In this document: piece by piece, positions 1 through 8,980 of the stretch
Numbering within the stretch: position 1 is the stretch's first letter
Layout: each line of letters begins with the position of its first letter
DNA from: Smithellaceae bacterium
GTDB taxonomy: Bacteria; Desulfobacterota; Syntrophia; Syntrophales; Smithellaceae
Direction of reading: 5' to 3'
Assembly (NCBI GenBank): GCA_963667845.2
Contig: CAXXVL010000002.1
Span: 3,104,001 to 3,168,000 of the forward strand
DNA length: 64,000 nucleotides
Program-made: the position numbers and the translations under genes
The notes under the pieces: generated by a model
Told to the model about the DNA's origin: nothing
The model's input: the letters and a program-made list of their open reading frames with translations, nothing else
Database searches by the model: none

Positions 1-843
1 TTGGCGAACACCGGTAATGGGTTTCGCAGCAGGCGTCGCCGGAGATACCGCCGCCGGAGTTTGCCCCGAGGAAGGCTGCGCAACGGCAGGAGCCTGTGTT
101 ATCGGTGTCGCTGCAGCAGCAGGCACTGCAACGGCGGCAGATGTGCTTCTTACGATAACAACTCTATTGTCTGGTGATATTTTGCTGGATGCCCACAAGT
201 CATTATCTTCTTCGACATAGAACTTCCAATCCACTTCCGTTGAATTAGGCTCAGCTACCCAGGCGCAACAGGTTTTGTTGACCAAAACGGGCTCGGTGCC
301 CGGCGTTTTGGAGGCAATCTTGTCCTGCTGAAGGCTTGCCAACTCATCTCGGGAAGGTAGACGCCAATCGGTAAAGCCTCCCTGTTTAACGTTCTTTGCG
401 GTCTCGATGACGTTGCTGGCGGTGACATCGCTGATCGGATAAATAAACCATTGCAAACCCGTCTTGGTATCAATGATGCTTCCGTCTTTTATTTGATTAA
501 AACGAATCTTAATCGGCTCGGTTAAAACAAGATTTTGTCCGCCTTCTGTCGTTTTAATTTTTTTTGTTACTTTTGTTCTCCATTTATCTGAGAGCAGAGT
601 TAAAATGTAATCGGATGAGGGCGCAGCGCCTATTAAACTGAAACTACCATCGGGACCGGTTTTAGCCTCGAATTGTTCATATCCCTGAGTCGGTTGAACT
701 TGCTTGAAAATAATCGTAACACCTGACAAAGGTTTTCCTTTGCCATCGACGATCTTGCCTTCAATACCGGCTGTTTTATTACCGCAACCAAATAAAAACA
801 TGCTGATCAAAAGAAGAATTAAAAAGCGATACGCAATTTTCAT
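1..843 (-). CDS. Lipoprotein (partial; runs off the left edge): carboxypeptidase-regulatory-like domain, DUF1566/Lcl-like domain and Pro/Ala linker
   Basis: Not in the ORF track. Read manually: ATG at 843 with AAGGAG RBS; MKIAYRFLILLLISMFLFGC lipobox; IEGKIVDGKGKPLSGVTI; DTKTGLQW...GGFTDWRLPSRDEL; frame open to base 1. Confidence 0.8.
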   Translation of the reverse strand, partial: MKIAYRFLILLLISMFLFGCGNKTAGIEGKIVDGKGKPLSGVTIIFKQVQPTQGYEQFEAKTGPDGSFSLIGAAPSSDYILTLLSDKWRTKVTKKIKTTEGGQNLVLTEPIKIRFNQIKDGSIIDTKTGLQWFIYPISDVTASNVIETAKNVKQGGFTDWRLPSRDELASLQQDKIASKTPGTEPVLVNKTCCAWVAEPNSTEVDWKFYVEEDNDLWASSKISPDNRVVIVRSTSAAVAVPAAAATPITQAPAVAQPSSGQTPAAVSPATPAAKPITGVRQ

Positions 844-1069
844 GATGCCTACTCCTTATTCAAGGTTTAGTTGAACAACATATTACATTCTTTTTATTCT
901 GAAATATACTTGCTAAGCATTTCATAATATTAAAAAACTTTCAATAAAAAAAGTATACAGATGGAACGGAATCTTCTTCAGGAGAGGATGAACCGGGGAA
1001 GCATTGTACTTGTTTTATCGTAAATAATTTGTCAATGATTAAGGGAAAGATGTCGATTCGGGGGGGCGT

Positions 1070-1594
1070 ATGAAACTCATCGTGATTACAGGAATGCCGG
1101 CGGCAGGAAAGAATATTGCCGCCGAGTATGCACAGAAACATCAGTATCCGCTTTTTTCTACGGGTGATTTTGTGCGTGCGGAAATTCGCAGGAGAGGATG
1201 TATTGCAGATCCGGAAACCACTGCGGCCATATCTACTCAAATGAGAGGCGTGGACGGTTTGGGCGTGACGCGTATGGCTGTTGAGGAGGCCCTGAGACAA
1301 AAGGCCGACATCGTCTTTCTGGAAGGCATTCGATCGTGGTCGGAAATCGAATTCATCCGGAGCAAGTCGCCCTGCATACTTGTGGCCATTCTTGCTCCGC
1401 GAAATTTGAGATTAAATCGGGTGAAACAAAGAGGCCGGGCAGATGATTCCGCGGAACATTTTAACGAACGGGACCGGCGGGAAATCGAATACGGTGTTGC
1501 CGTCTGCGTCGCCCTGGCCGATGCCTATGTTTTGAATGATTGCACAATGGCCGATGCACTGAGGCAACTCGACAACATCGTCAAAAATCTTTAA
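1070..1594 (+). CDS. P-loop nucleotide kinase, UPF0200/CoaE-like family
   Basis: LIVITGMPAAGKN P-loop, STGDFVRAE, EGIRS, RGRADD, RDRREIEYGV. Confidence 0.7.
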   Translation: MKLIVITGMPAAGKNIAAEYAQKHQYPLFSTGDFVRAEIRRRGCIADPETTAAISTQMRGVDGLGVTRMAVEEALRQKADIVFLEGIRSWSEIEFIRSKSPCILVAILAPRNLRLNRVKQRGRADDSAEHFNERDRREIEYGVAVCVALADAYVLNDCTMADALRQLDNIVKNL

Positions 1595-1603
1595 TGATCG
1601 GAA

Positions 1604-2941
1604 TCAGCGCGCAAGAAGGCTTTCCACTTCGTTGCGTATTTTTTGCAAAGCCTCGGCGGACGAGGCTTCAAAGCGCAGCACAATGACCGGCTGAGTATTT
1701 GAAGACCGTACAAGCGCCCAGCCGTCTTGAAACGGAATACGAATTCCATCAATATCAATGATGCCGGGTGTGTTCCGGTAATGATGCTTTATTTTATCAA
1801 CGACTGCCGCTTTTTTGCTGTCATCGCAATCCACTCGGATTTCGGGCGTGGCAAAAGTCTCAGGGACGTCGGACATCAGCTCGCTTATTTTTTGATTCGT
1901 CTGAGAGAGTATCTCCAGTAGCCTCACGGCAGCGTATATGGCGTCGTCATATCCGAAATAGCGGTCGGCGAAAAATAAATGTCCGCTCATTTCTCCGCCC
2001 AGCAGTGCCTTTTCCTCTTTCATTTTCGCTTTAATGAGAGAATGGCCCGCTTTCCACATAATCGGCCGGCCGGAATATTTTTTTATACCGTCGTATAACG
2101 CCTGGGAACATTTCACCTCGCCGATGATTGTCGCTCCCGGATTGTCTTTCAGAATAAAGCGGGCAAACAAGAGCAGCAGTTTATCTCCCCAGATGATGTC
2201 GCCGGTGTCGCTGATCACCCCTATCCGATCGGCATCTCCGTCGAAGGCAATGCCCAGATCGGCCTTTTTTTCGGCAACGAGCCTAATGAGGTCTTTCAAG
2301 TTGTCTTCTACAGTGGGGTCGGGAAAATGATGGGGAAAGCGGCCGTCCGGATCACAATACAGGCAGGTGACGTCACAGCCGAGCCTTTCCAGAATGGGCA
2401 GAGCAAATTGTCCGCCGACGCCATTGCCGGCATCGAGGACAACGCGCGGTTTTCCGGATATTCGGACGTGATCATAGAGATAATTCTGGTAAACGCCGGT
2501 GATATCTTCAGGCCGTGATTTTCCCACGCCCGAGGCGTAGTCCTGAATTTCCATGATTTTCCTTAACTCCTGGATCTGCGACCCATAAATCGAATCATAT
2601 CCGATACAGATTTTAAACCCGTTAAACTCCGGCGGATTATGGCTGCCGGTGATCATAACACCTCCGCCGGCCTGACAATGCCTGATGGAAAAATAAAGCA
2701 TGGGTGTCGCGCAAAGTCCGATATCGATGGTGTCGATCCCTGAGGCATTCAGCCCTTGAATGATATATCGATGGTAGGCGTCCGAACTCAAGCGGCAATC
2801 ATGTCCCACGGTCATGGTTTGAATCTTGTTGCGGCGTGCGTAGGTGCCGACAGATCGTCCCAGGTCAATAATAAATTCTTCGTTCAAATCTTTATCAACG
2901 ACGCCCCGGACGTCGTATTCTCGAAAGACATGTGGATTCAT
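1604..2941 (-). CDS. algC: Phosphomannomutase/phosphoglucomutase
   Basis: FREYDVRG, ITGSHNP phosphoserine loop, FDGDADR metal loop, GEMSGH. Confidence 0.9.
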   Translation of the reverse strand: MNPHVFREYDVRGVVDKDLNEEFIIDLGRSVGTYARRNKIQTMTVGHDCRLSSDAYHRYIIQGLNASGIDTIDIGLCATPMLYFSIRHCQAGGGVMITGSHNPPEFNGFKICIGYDSIYGSQIQELRKIMEIQDYASGVGKSRPEDITGVYQNYLYDHVRISGKPRVVLDAGNGVGGQFALPILERLGCDVTCLYCDPDGRFPHHFPDPTVEDNLKDLIRLVAEKKADLGIAFDGDADRIGVISDTGDIIWGDKLLLLFARFILKDNPGATIIGEVKCSQALYDGIKKYSGRPIMWKAGHSLIKAKMKEEKALLGGEMSGHLFFADRYFGYDDAIYAAVRLLEILSQTNQKISELMSDVPETFATPEIRVDCDDSKKAAVVDKIKHHYRNTPGIIDIDGIRIPFQDGWALVRSSNTQPVIVLRFEASSAEALQKIRNEVESLLAR

Positions 2942-3040
2942 AATATTCTCTCCGGACTGAAAAGTTAAGTTGGATGCGCAGGCGAAGTGCTGAGCATTCG
3001 TATATAATTAATTCAAATATGTCAATGGGAGATGATCACC

Positions 3041-3724
3041 TCACGTGCTTTTCCGCATGAGTTCCAGGATGTCTGAAGCCTGCGGCAGAACGATATCGGC
3101 GCCGGCTCGAACAAACTCGGTTTCCGAAAAAAGACCGGTTAGAACTCCCGCCGTCAGCGTACCGGCGTTGTGGCCGGTTTCAATATCCAGGGGGTGATCG
3201 CCGATCATGATGGACTGTTCAGGATTGCCGCCCGTTTGTTTCAAGGCCAGAGTCAATTGTTCCGGATGGGGTTTAACATGTTTTACATCATCGCGGCAAA
3301 TGACCACGGAGCAATAGGATGAAATGTCCGGAAATACCGTATGGACGGCCCGGGCGCAGTTTCTGGTAATGACCCCCGTGCGAATGGAAGATTCCTTAAG
3401 AGCGGTCAGCAGATTTCTTGTTTTTGAGAGCAATTCCCCTGAGCGGGCCGCTTCGATCTCAATGTCCTCGGTGACCTGATACGCTTCGCGGATAAACGAT
3501 GCGGCTTGCCGGCGCGAGTGTTTCCGCAGAAATGCGGCCGCCTCGTCAACGATTTCCAGGACGAACCTGTTTCGCAGGATTTGATGATCAATACCGTAAC
3601 GGGAGGTAAGTTCGCTGATCAAGTACCGCATCCGGTCGAAATCGATATTGAGCTTCGCCAGTGTTCCATCGAAGTCAAAAATGACCGTTTCGACGGCGGT
3701 CCGCTTGATGAATAAATGTCTCAT
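3041..3724 (-). CDS. HAD-superfamily phosphatase (phosphoglycolate phosphatase-like)
   Basis: FDFDGTL, KPHP, IGDHPLDI motifs. Confidence 0.85.
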   Translation of the reverse strand: MRHLFIKRTAVETVIFDFDGTLAKLNIDFDRMRYLISELTSRYGIDHQILRNRFVLEIVDEAAAFLRKHSRRQAASFIREAYQVTEDIEIEAARSGELLSKTRNLLTALKESSIRTGVITRNCARAVHTVFPDISSYCSVVICRDDVKHVKPHPEQLTLALKQTGGNPEQSIMIGDHPLDIETGHNAGTLTAGVLTGLFSETEFVRAGADIVLPQASDILELMRKST

Positions 3725-3728
3725 ACCG

Positions 3729-4562
3729 TCAACGGCGTCCGGATGCGTAATTTGGAGTCAGTGTTTTTTTGACCGTGCGTGAGGGCTTCGAGAAGGGCAA
3801 AACACCACCGAAGATCGTCTGGAGAAAATTCGTGACAATATAAAAGGTTGCGCCCCAGAGGATATCTTCATGACCGCAATCATCAGTGATGACCATGCAG
3901 GGAAATTGCATATTGTAGCGTGGATCGGAACTTCCTGCTTCCGATTCCACTTCGAGTGTCGCATAGGAAGAGTTTCGAAAGAAATGAATAAGTGGAATTT
4001 CCAGCAGCTTTTCGACTTCGGAATTCAAGCTGTATTCGCAGGGGGCTTTAACCAGGCAGACCACAGGGAAGATCGTTCGTGGAAAGAAAGCCAGTGTATA
4101 AGTGGGGAGGGCCCCGAGAAAGCTGACATTGAGCGGACTCAGGCCGATTTCTTCCCAGGCTTCGCGCAGCGCATTCATCAGAAACAGCGTAACGAGAGAG
4201 ACCGTGTCGGCATCTTTATTCGGAAGATCGTCCATCGCGCGATCGCCGACTGACCGGATGATGCCGGTCTTTAATACGATGTGTCTCAGCATTTCATCTG
4301 TCGAATGTTCCAGCATCCCTCCGGGGCAACTGATGTCGCCGGCCTGAGCAACGGCATCCGACCGCTTAATGAGCTGGAAAACATATCCCGATTCCTTATA
4401 AGACAGGAGGAGCACGACGCCGGCTTCCAGGTGATCGGTTCCGTGGATATTGGAATGAACAATGGACCGGTGTTTTTCGCGATAGTCGATGGGCAACCTG
4501 TCTAATTGTCCCGATACGTAAAGAGGAAAGTCATCCTTTTTTCGAAGAAGCGTTAAGTCCAT
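3729..4562 (-). CDS. CoA pyrophosphatase-like Nudix hydrolase with an insertion in the Nudix box
   Basis: LIKRS, GDISCPGG, ALREAWEEIGL, LNSEVE, ILWGAT. Confidence 0.8.
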   Translation of the reverse strand: MDLTLLRKKDDFPLYVSGQLDRLPIDYREKHRSIVHSNIHGTDHLEAGVVLLLSYKESGYVFQLIKRSDAVAQAGDISCPGGMLEHSTDEMLRHIVLKTGIIRSVGDRAMDDLPNKDADTVSLVTLFLMNALREAWEEIGLSPLNVSFLGALPTYTLAFFPRTIFPVVCLVKAPCEYSLNSEVEKLLEIPLIHFFRNSSYATLEVESEAGSSDPRYNMQFPCMVITDDCGHEDILWGATFYIVTNFLQTIFGGVLPFSKPSRTVKKTLTPNYASGRR

Positions 4563-4570
4563 TACAATCC

Positions 4571-5554
4571 TTAATCTGACTTTATTATGTCTGAAATTAT
4601 TTCATTATACCACCGGCGGTAGGGAAATAAATCAATGAAACCGCAATGGCCGCCGAACGCTTGGCGGGATATGGTCAAAAACGCGTTATTAGCAAGCGAT
4701 TGAAAATCTTCCACCGGGATAACGGGATCGTCTTCGGCAATAAAGATGTTGACCGGCACATTCAGATTCTGAAACGATTCCACGCTTAGTGTGTATAGCT
4801 TGAAATAATCCCGATAGGAAGGAAATTGTGGAAAATAGGTCATGATGTCGGAGGTCAGTGCCATACAGGTCTTGGCGTTCAGGATATTCTTGAAGTTATA
4901 CCTTTTGGGAAAAAGCAGTTGCTTCTTTTTCAGAGAGCGTCTCCATTTCTTCAGGAAGTATTTCCGATAAAAGGCCTTACCGCTGTCAATAGCCAATGTC
5001 GTCTTGTAAGGATCGAGAGGAGGGCTCACGGCGAATACGTGCTGTAAATTGTGAACGGGCGTTTGAGAATGCTGGATAGCGATGCGCAAGGCGAAATTGG
5101 CGCCCAGAGAAAAACCCAGCAAATAGACCGGCAATTCCCTGGAATGTTGTGCAAGGATATTGACCGCCTCGAATGTTTCCTGAAGGAGCGCGCCGTGGAA
5201 CATACCTTCATTCAAATGATGCGATTCACCATGGTCTCTTAAATTCAGACGGCAGACAGAAAATCCGCGGTCAAAATAGTATGAAGCCGCAGCAAGAACA
5301 TAGGCAGAGGATGAAGAACCTTCCCAGCCGTGTAAAATAATCATCGTCCCATGCGAACGGGGGTGCTGTGAAACATGGGCCAATAATCTCGATCCATCTT
5401 TTGCAGCGATAACGAGTTCGCGGCAATGCTTTAAAAGCGAGCGATGAGGAGGAATCAATAGGCGGGCAGACGCCAGGATAGACTGGAGATGCCGATTTTT
5501 AAGAAAAGACCGCGGCAGAAAAATGGATGTGCTTTTTTGCGACTTGGCGATCAT
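4571..5554 (-). CDS. Alpha/beta hydrolase, YheT-like
   Basis: NRHLQSI, LHGWEGSS, GFSLGAN, EDDPVIP, GGHCGF. Confidence 0.85.
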   Translation of the reverse strand: MIAKSQKSTSIFLPRSFLKNRHLQSILASARLLIPPHRSLLKHCRELVIAAKDGSRLLAHVSQHPRSHGTMIILHGWEGSSSSAYVLAAASYYFDRGFSVCRLNLRDHGESHHLNEGMFHGALLQETFEAVNILAQHSRELPVYLLGFSLGANFALRIAIQHSQTPVHNLQHVFAVSPPLDPYKTTLAIDSGKAFYRKYFLKKWRRSLKKKQLLFPKRYNFKNILNAKTCMALTSDIMTYFPQFPSYRDYFKLYTLSVESFQNLNVPVNIFIAEDDPVIPVEDFQSLANNAFLTISRQAFGGHCGFIDLFPYRRWYNEIISDIIKSD

Positions 5555-5564
5555 GGACTTCTTT

Positions 5565-5596
5565 AAAAAAAGCCCCGCCTGAAGCGGGCGGGGGCT
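5565..5596 (-). terminator. Intrinsic terminator downstream of tRNA-Met
   Basis: GC-rich stem (AGCCCCGCC/GGCGGGGGCT) followed by a T7 run on the minus strand. Confidence 0.6.
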
Positions 5597-5604
5597 GCAA
5601 ATTT

Positions 5605-5681
5605 TGGTGGCGGTGCCCTGATTTGAACAGGGGACACTACGGATATGAGCCGTATGCTCTGACCAGCTGAGCTACACCGCC
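5605..5681 (-). tRNA. tRNA-Met (CAT), elongator type
   Basis: Reverse complement GGCGGTGTAGCTCAGCTGGTCAGAGCATACGGCTCATATCCGTAG...TTCAAATC...CACCGCCACCA; CAT anticodon; G1-C72 pair (not initiator); encoded CCA. Confidence 0.9.
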
Positions 5682-5801
5682 TCTGGGGAATAATGTTTTA
5701 TTAAATAAAAAACCCGCATATCCCTTCCGCGGCAACATTCGAGTTTTGACTTTTGAAAGTCGCCCGCACGCTATATCTAAGAGTAAAGCGTTTGTCAATA
5801 A

Positions 5802-7526
5802 CTATTGAGCCGAATCCAACTTATAAACGACGATGACGCTGCGATCGCTGACCGATGCTCCGGTGGACTGGACCAGAGCCAGAACGATTTCCGGTTTGCC
5901 GTCGTTATCGATATCCTTGAAGCAATAGTCGGCAACATAACCGTTGATCCTTTTTGTCCGCCAGTTCTCGGCCATGCCAAGTCCGTCCCATTCAAGATTA
6001 TAAATTTCACTGGACGTAAAAAGCTTAATGTTCTTAAAAACGCGCCCGATGGCGGACAGATTCTTGACGATGATAACTTCCTTTTTACCGTCTTTGTTGG
6101 TGTCGAACGTCAGGATACGTAAATTGGCAAAGGCTGTATCTGCGGGTTCTGCTTCACTGGATTTCTGTGGGTCAAAAGGCGAGATATAGTTATTACTGCC
6201 TCCATAGACCGTATCGCTTCGCCAGACCAGTTCATCGGGTGAGAAACCAAACGATAGGATACGCGACATCGTCTTATTGGTCGGCGTGATTACACACAAA
6301 TAATCCAGTTCATCAAGCGCCAGGATTTTTTCGCTGGTTCCCGATCCCAGTGTATCCATCGTTAACCCATAAATGGATAATCCCAGGGGAATTTTCATTT
6401 TGTCTCCGGAGACATACTGGCCGTTTCTCCAGACGATTTCATAAATCTGCGATTCAAATATCTTATCGATACCATACGTCTGTCCAAGAAGCAGCGGAGT
6501 GCCGGAGGCTGTATCGATCACCCGCAGGAAATAATGAATATTGGAAGCGATCAGCTTATAGTCACCGTCTTTGTACTGAAGGACAAAAGAGTTCAGCACT
6601 TTATTGTTCAGCGATGTAACTATTATTTCAGGAGTGCCGTCCCGATTGATGTCCGCCACATCCACGGAAATGTACTGATCGTAAGATTTACCTTTGATCT
6701 GCTTTAATAATCTTAACGCGTCCGCCGTTTTCACATAAATAAAAATATTGTGCCTGTCGATCGCAACAACTTCATTAACGCCATCTTTATTGACATCTCC
6801 GATGTCCATCCCTATGAATTCCGTCTTAAACTGCTGGCTCATCCAGAACCCTCTGCGATTGACCGGATCGGCTGAGTTGATGAATTCCGGGTTGATCATG
6901 GAGGTCAGGGTTCCCTTTTTGCCGCCCGCCTTCATGCCCGCAATGATTTGCGCTTCTCGTGATGCTCCGGGGGCGGTTGGAGGAGCGACCGCAGGTGCGA
7001 CGGCCGCCGGCGCCGTTTTGGCCGGTACCGGCAGAGCCTGTGGAGCTGATCCAAGAATATGCTGGATGATGCGCTGCGAAAAGTCGCCTATTTTCGGTAT
7101 CACTTCGTCAAGTGTTTGCGATTGGGAAAAGATGCCGACATCTGATTTCCCTCCTGCAACATCAACAAGTTTACCATCAATGCTGATGCTGTTGCCAATT
7201 TTGGTGATACTGCCCCAAACAATGTAGTCTGATTTCAACTGCCTGCCGATGTTTTGAACATCAAGCAGATTCAGTTCTTTAGAACCGAATTTTTTGAGAA
7301 CATCCTGGACGGTCTCTCTTCGTGTGACCTCCAGTTTGTCGGATGCAGAAATACGACTGATGAGCATGTCGCCGATTCCCTGGCGAACGTATTCAATATT
7401 CTCAGCGCTGTGCAGTGCGAAAGGCAGAACTGTCACTGTGTATTTTTCTTTGGCACCTGACATCTGCGTCATCATCATAACCACAGCCAGACATAGAATA
7501 ACCCGGATCGTTTTTTTCATATTCAT
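5802..7526 (-). CDS. Secreted protein with an N-terminal TolB-N/CsgG-like domain and FG-GAP/VCBS repeats
   Basis: Signal peptide; VTVLPF...DYIVWGSITKIG; Pro/Ala linker; DVNKDGVNE, DINRDGTPE, DTNKDGKKE and DIDNDGKPE repeats. Confidence 0.75.
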   Translation of the reverse strand: MNMKKTIRVILCLAVVMMMTQMSGAKEKYTVTVLPFALHSAENIEYVRQGIGDMLISRISASDKLEVTRRETVQDVLKKFGSKELNLLDVQNIGRQLKSDYIVWGSITKIGNSISIDGKLVDVAGGKSDVGIFSQSQTLDEVIPKIGDFSQRIIQHILGSAPQALPVPAKTAPAAVAPAVAPPTAPGASREAQIIAGMKAGGKKGTLTSMINPEFINSADPVNRRGFWMSQQFKTEFIGMDIGDVNKDGVNEVVAIDRHNIFIYVKTADALRLLKQIKGKSYDQYISVDVADINRDGTPEIIVTSLNNKVLNSFVLQYKDGDYKLIASNIHYFLRVIDTASGTPLLLGQTYGIDKIFESQIYEIVWRNGQYVSGDKMKIPLGLSIYGLTMDTLGSGTSEKILALDELDYLCVITPTNKTMSRILSFGFSPDELVWRSDTVYGGSNNYISPFDPQKSSEAEPADTAFANLRILTFDTNKDGKKEVIIVKNLSAIGRVFKNIKLFTSSEIYNLEWDGLGMAENWRTKRINGYVADYCFKDIDNDGKPEIVLALVQSTGASVSDRSVIVVYKLDSAQ

Positions 7527-7609
7527 CTCCCGTTAAATTAGACTGTCGAATTCGAAAGTCGTTGCGTTTTTAGCATTTAAAAAATGATAATTCAAGGTGG
7601 TTTTAATGA

Positions 7610-8266
7610 TCACGAATTCAAGGGAATAACGTAAAAAATGACAGCTATGAAGTGGCAGAGGCTGCCGGCCAGAACAAATAGGTGCCAGATGGCATGATTG
7701 AAAGGAAGCCTTTTCCAGGCGTAAAATACAACGCCCAGCGTATAGGCCATTCCACCGGCAATGAGCCAGACTAAGCCGCCGGAGGGCAGGGAATCTGCAA
7801 GAGGCTTAATTGCAAAGACAATGATCCAACCCATCAGCACGTAAGCAACCGTAGAAATAATCCGGAATCGATCAACAAAGAACACTTTCAAGACGACACC
7901 GGAAACCGCCAGAAACCAGATGACGCCAAACATCGTCCAACCCAGTGCACCGCGCAGCGTCACAAGGAGAAACGGTGTATACGTTCCGGCAATCAACAGA
8001 TAGATGCAGGAATGATCAAAGATCTTAAAAATCCTTTTCACCTGCGGCTTTTGAATTCCGTGATACAACGTCGAAGCGGTATAAAGCAAAATCAATGTGA
8101 TGCCGAAAATCGTACAACTCACAATATGGCCGGTGCCGCCGTAAATACTGGAAAATACGATCAGCAAAACGAGGGCGGCGATGCTCAATAAGATACCGGC
8201 ACCGTGAGTGATGCTGTTGAATAATTCTTCGATAAAACTGTAGGGTGATTCCTGTGTGTCGACCAT
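7610..8266 (-). CDS. Hemolysin III/PAQR family membrane protein
   Basis: EELFNSITHG, STLYH, DHSCIYLLIAGTYTP, HAIWHLFV. Confidence 0.9.
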   Translation of the reverse strand: MVDTQESPYSFIEELFNSITHGAGILLSIAALVLLIVFSSIYGGTGHIVSCTIFGITLILLYTASTLYHGIQKPQVKRIFKIFDHSCIYLLIAGTYTPFLLVTLRGALGWTMFGVIWFLAVSGVVLKVFFVDRFRIISTVAYVLMGWIIVFAIKPLADSLPSGGLVWLIAGGMAYTLGVVFYAWKRLPFNHAIWHLFVLAGSLCHFIAVIFYVIPLNS

Positions 8267-8359
8267 GACGTTACCTTTCTGTCCCGCATACTATGTGCGG
8301 CTGATTTATTTGTCAATCAATACCTCTGGCGGATATAAGGTTCCTTACCTCCTTATTGC

Positions 8360-8388
8360 TTGACAATTCAAAGCGATGCCGTTAGAAA
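8360..8388 (+). promoter_or_regulatory. Sigma70-like promoter for the gcvR-like/fhs operon
   Basis: TTGACA-17 bp-TAGAAA. Confidence 0.45.
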
Positions 8389-8436
8389 AAGCCGTCCATA
8401 ATTTGTTATTAATGTTCATACGGGGGAGGTGTTCCG

Positions 8437-8976
8437 ATGAGATCTTATGTTGTCATTTCTACAATGGGACAGGATCGTCCGGGGCTCGCCAAAGATATTG
8501 CGGAGTTCTTCACGGCACGGGGCATCAACATTGAGCGTTCACGCGGCTGCGTACTGGGCAACGAATTCGGCATGATTATTCTGACCTCGGGAAAGACCGA
8601 CGACATCGAGCGCCTCATTCAAGATTTGGATAGTCTCCGTGAGAAGACAAAACTGGATATTTATGTGCGCAAGACCAAGGCGCCCAGCCATCGAGACATC
8701 CAACCTTCGATACCTTATAAGCTCATCGCTACATCCATCGACCATCCCGGGATTATCCATCAGATCTGTAAAGCGCTTCAGTTGCGGAAAGTCAATATCG
8801 ATGACATTTCGACGAATGTCGATAATAACCCCGTGACCGGCGCAAATACGTTTCAGATGGTATGCTATTTCTCTTTGCCGCCGGCCGTCAAGATTATCGA
8901 CCTCAAGAATGAATTCAATCGCATCAGTGATGAATATAATATCGACATCCGGTTCGATGCGGTCATCAATAAGTAA
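8437..8976 (+). CDS. GcvR-like tandem ACT-domain protein
   Basis: ISTMGQDRPG...NIERSR...LGNEF; second ACT domain DHPGII; GGGAGG RBS. Confidence 0.8.
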   Translation: MRSYVVISTMGQDRPGLAKDIAEFFTARGINIERSRGCVLGNEFGMIILTSGKTDDIERLIQDLDSLREKTKLDIYVRKTKAPSHRDIQPSIPYKLIATSIDHPGIIHQICKALQLRKVNIDDISTNVDNNPVTGANTFQMVCYFSLPPAVKIIDLKNEFNRISDEYNIDIRFDAVINK

Positions 8977-8980
8977 CGCT

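Noticed and set aside
5605..5681. tRNA as an integration site, or as initiator/Ile2 tRNA
   Set aside because: No integrase or duplicated 3' end nearby. The G1-C72 pair excludes initiator, and the sequence looks more like elongator Met than Ile2, though this was not formally tested.
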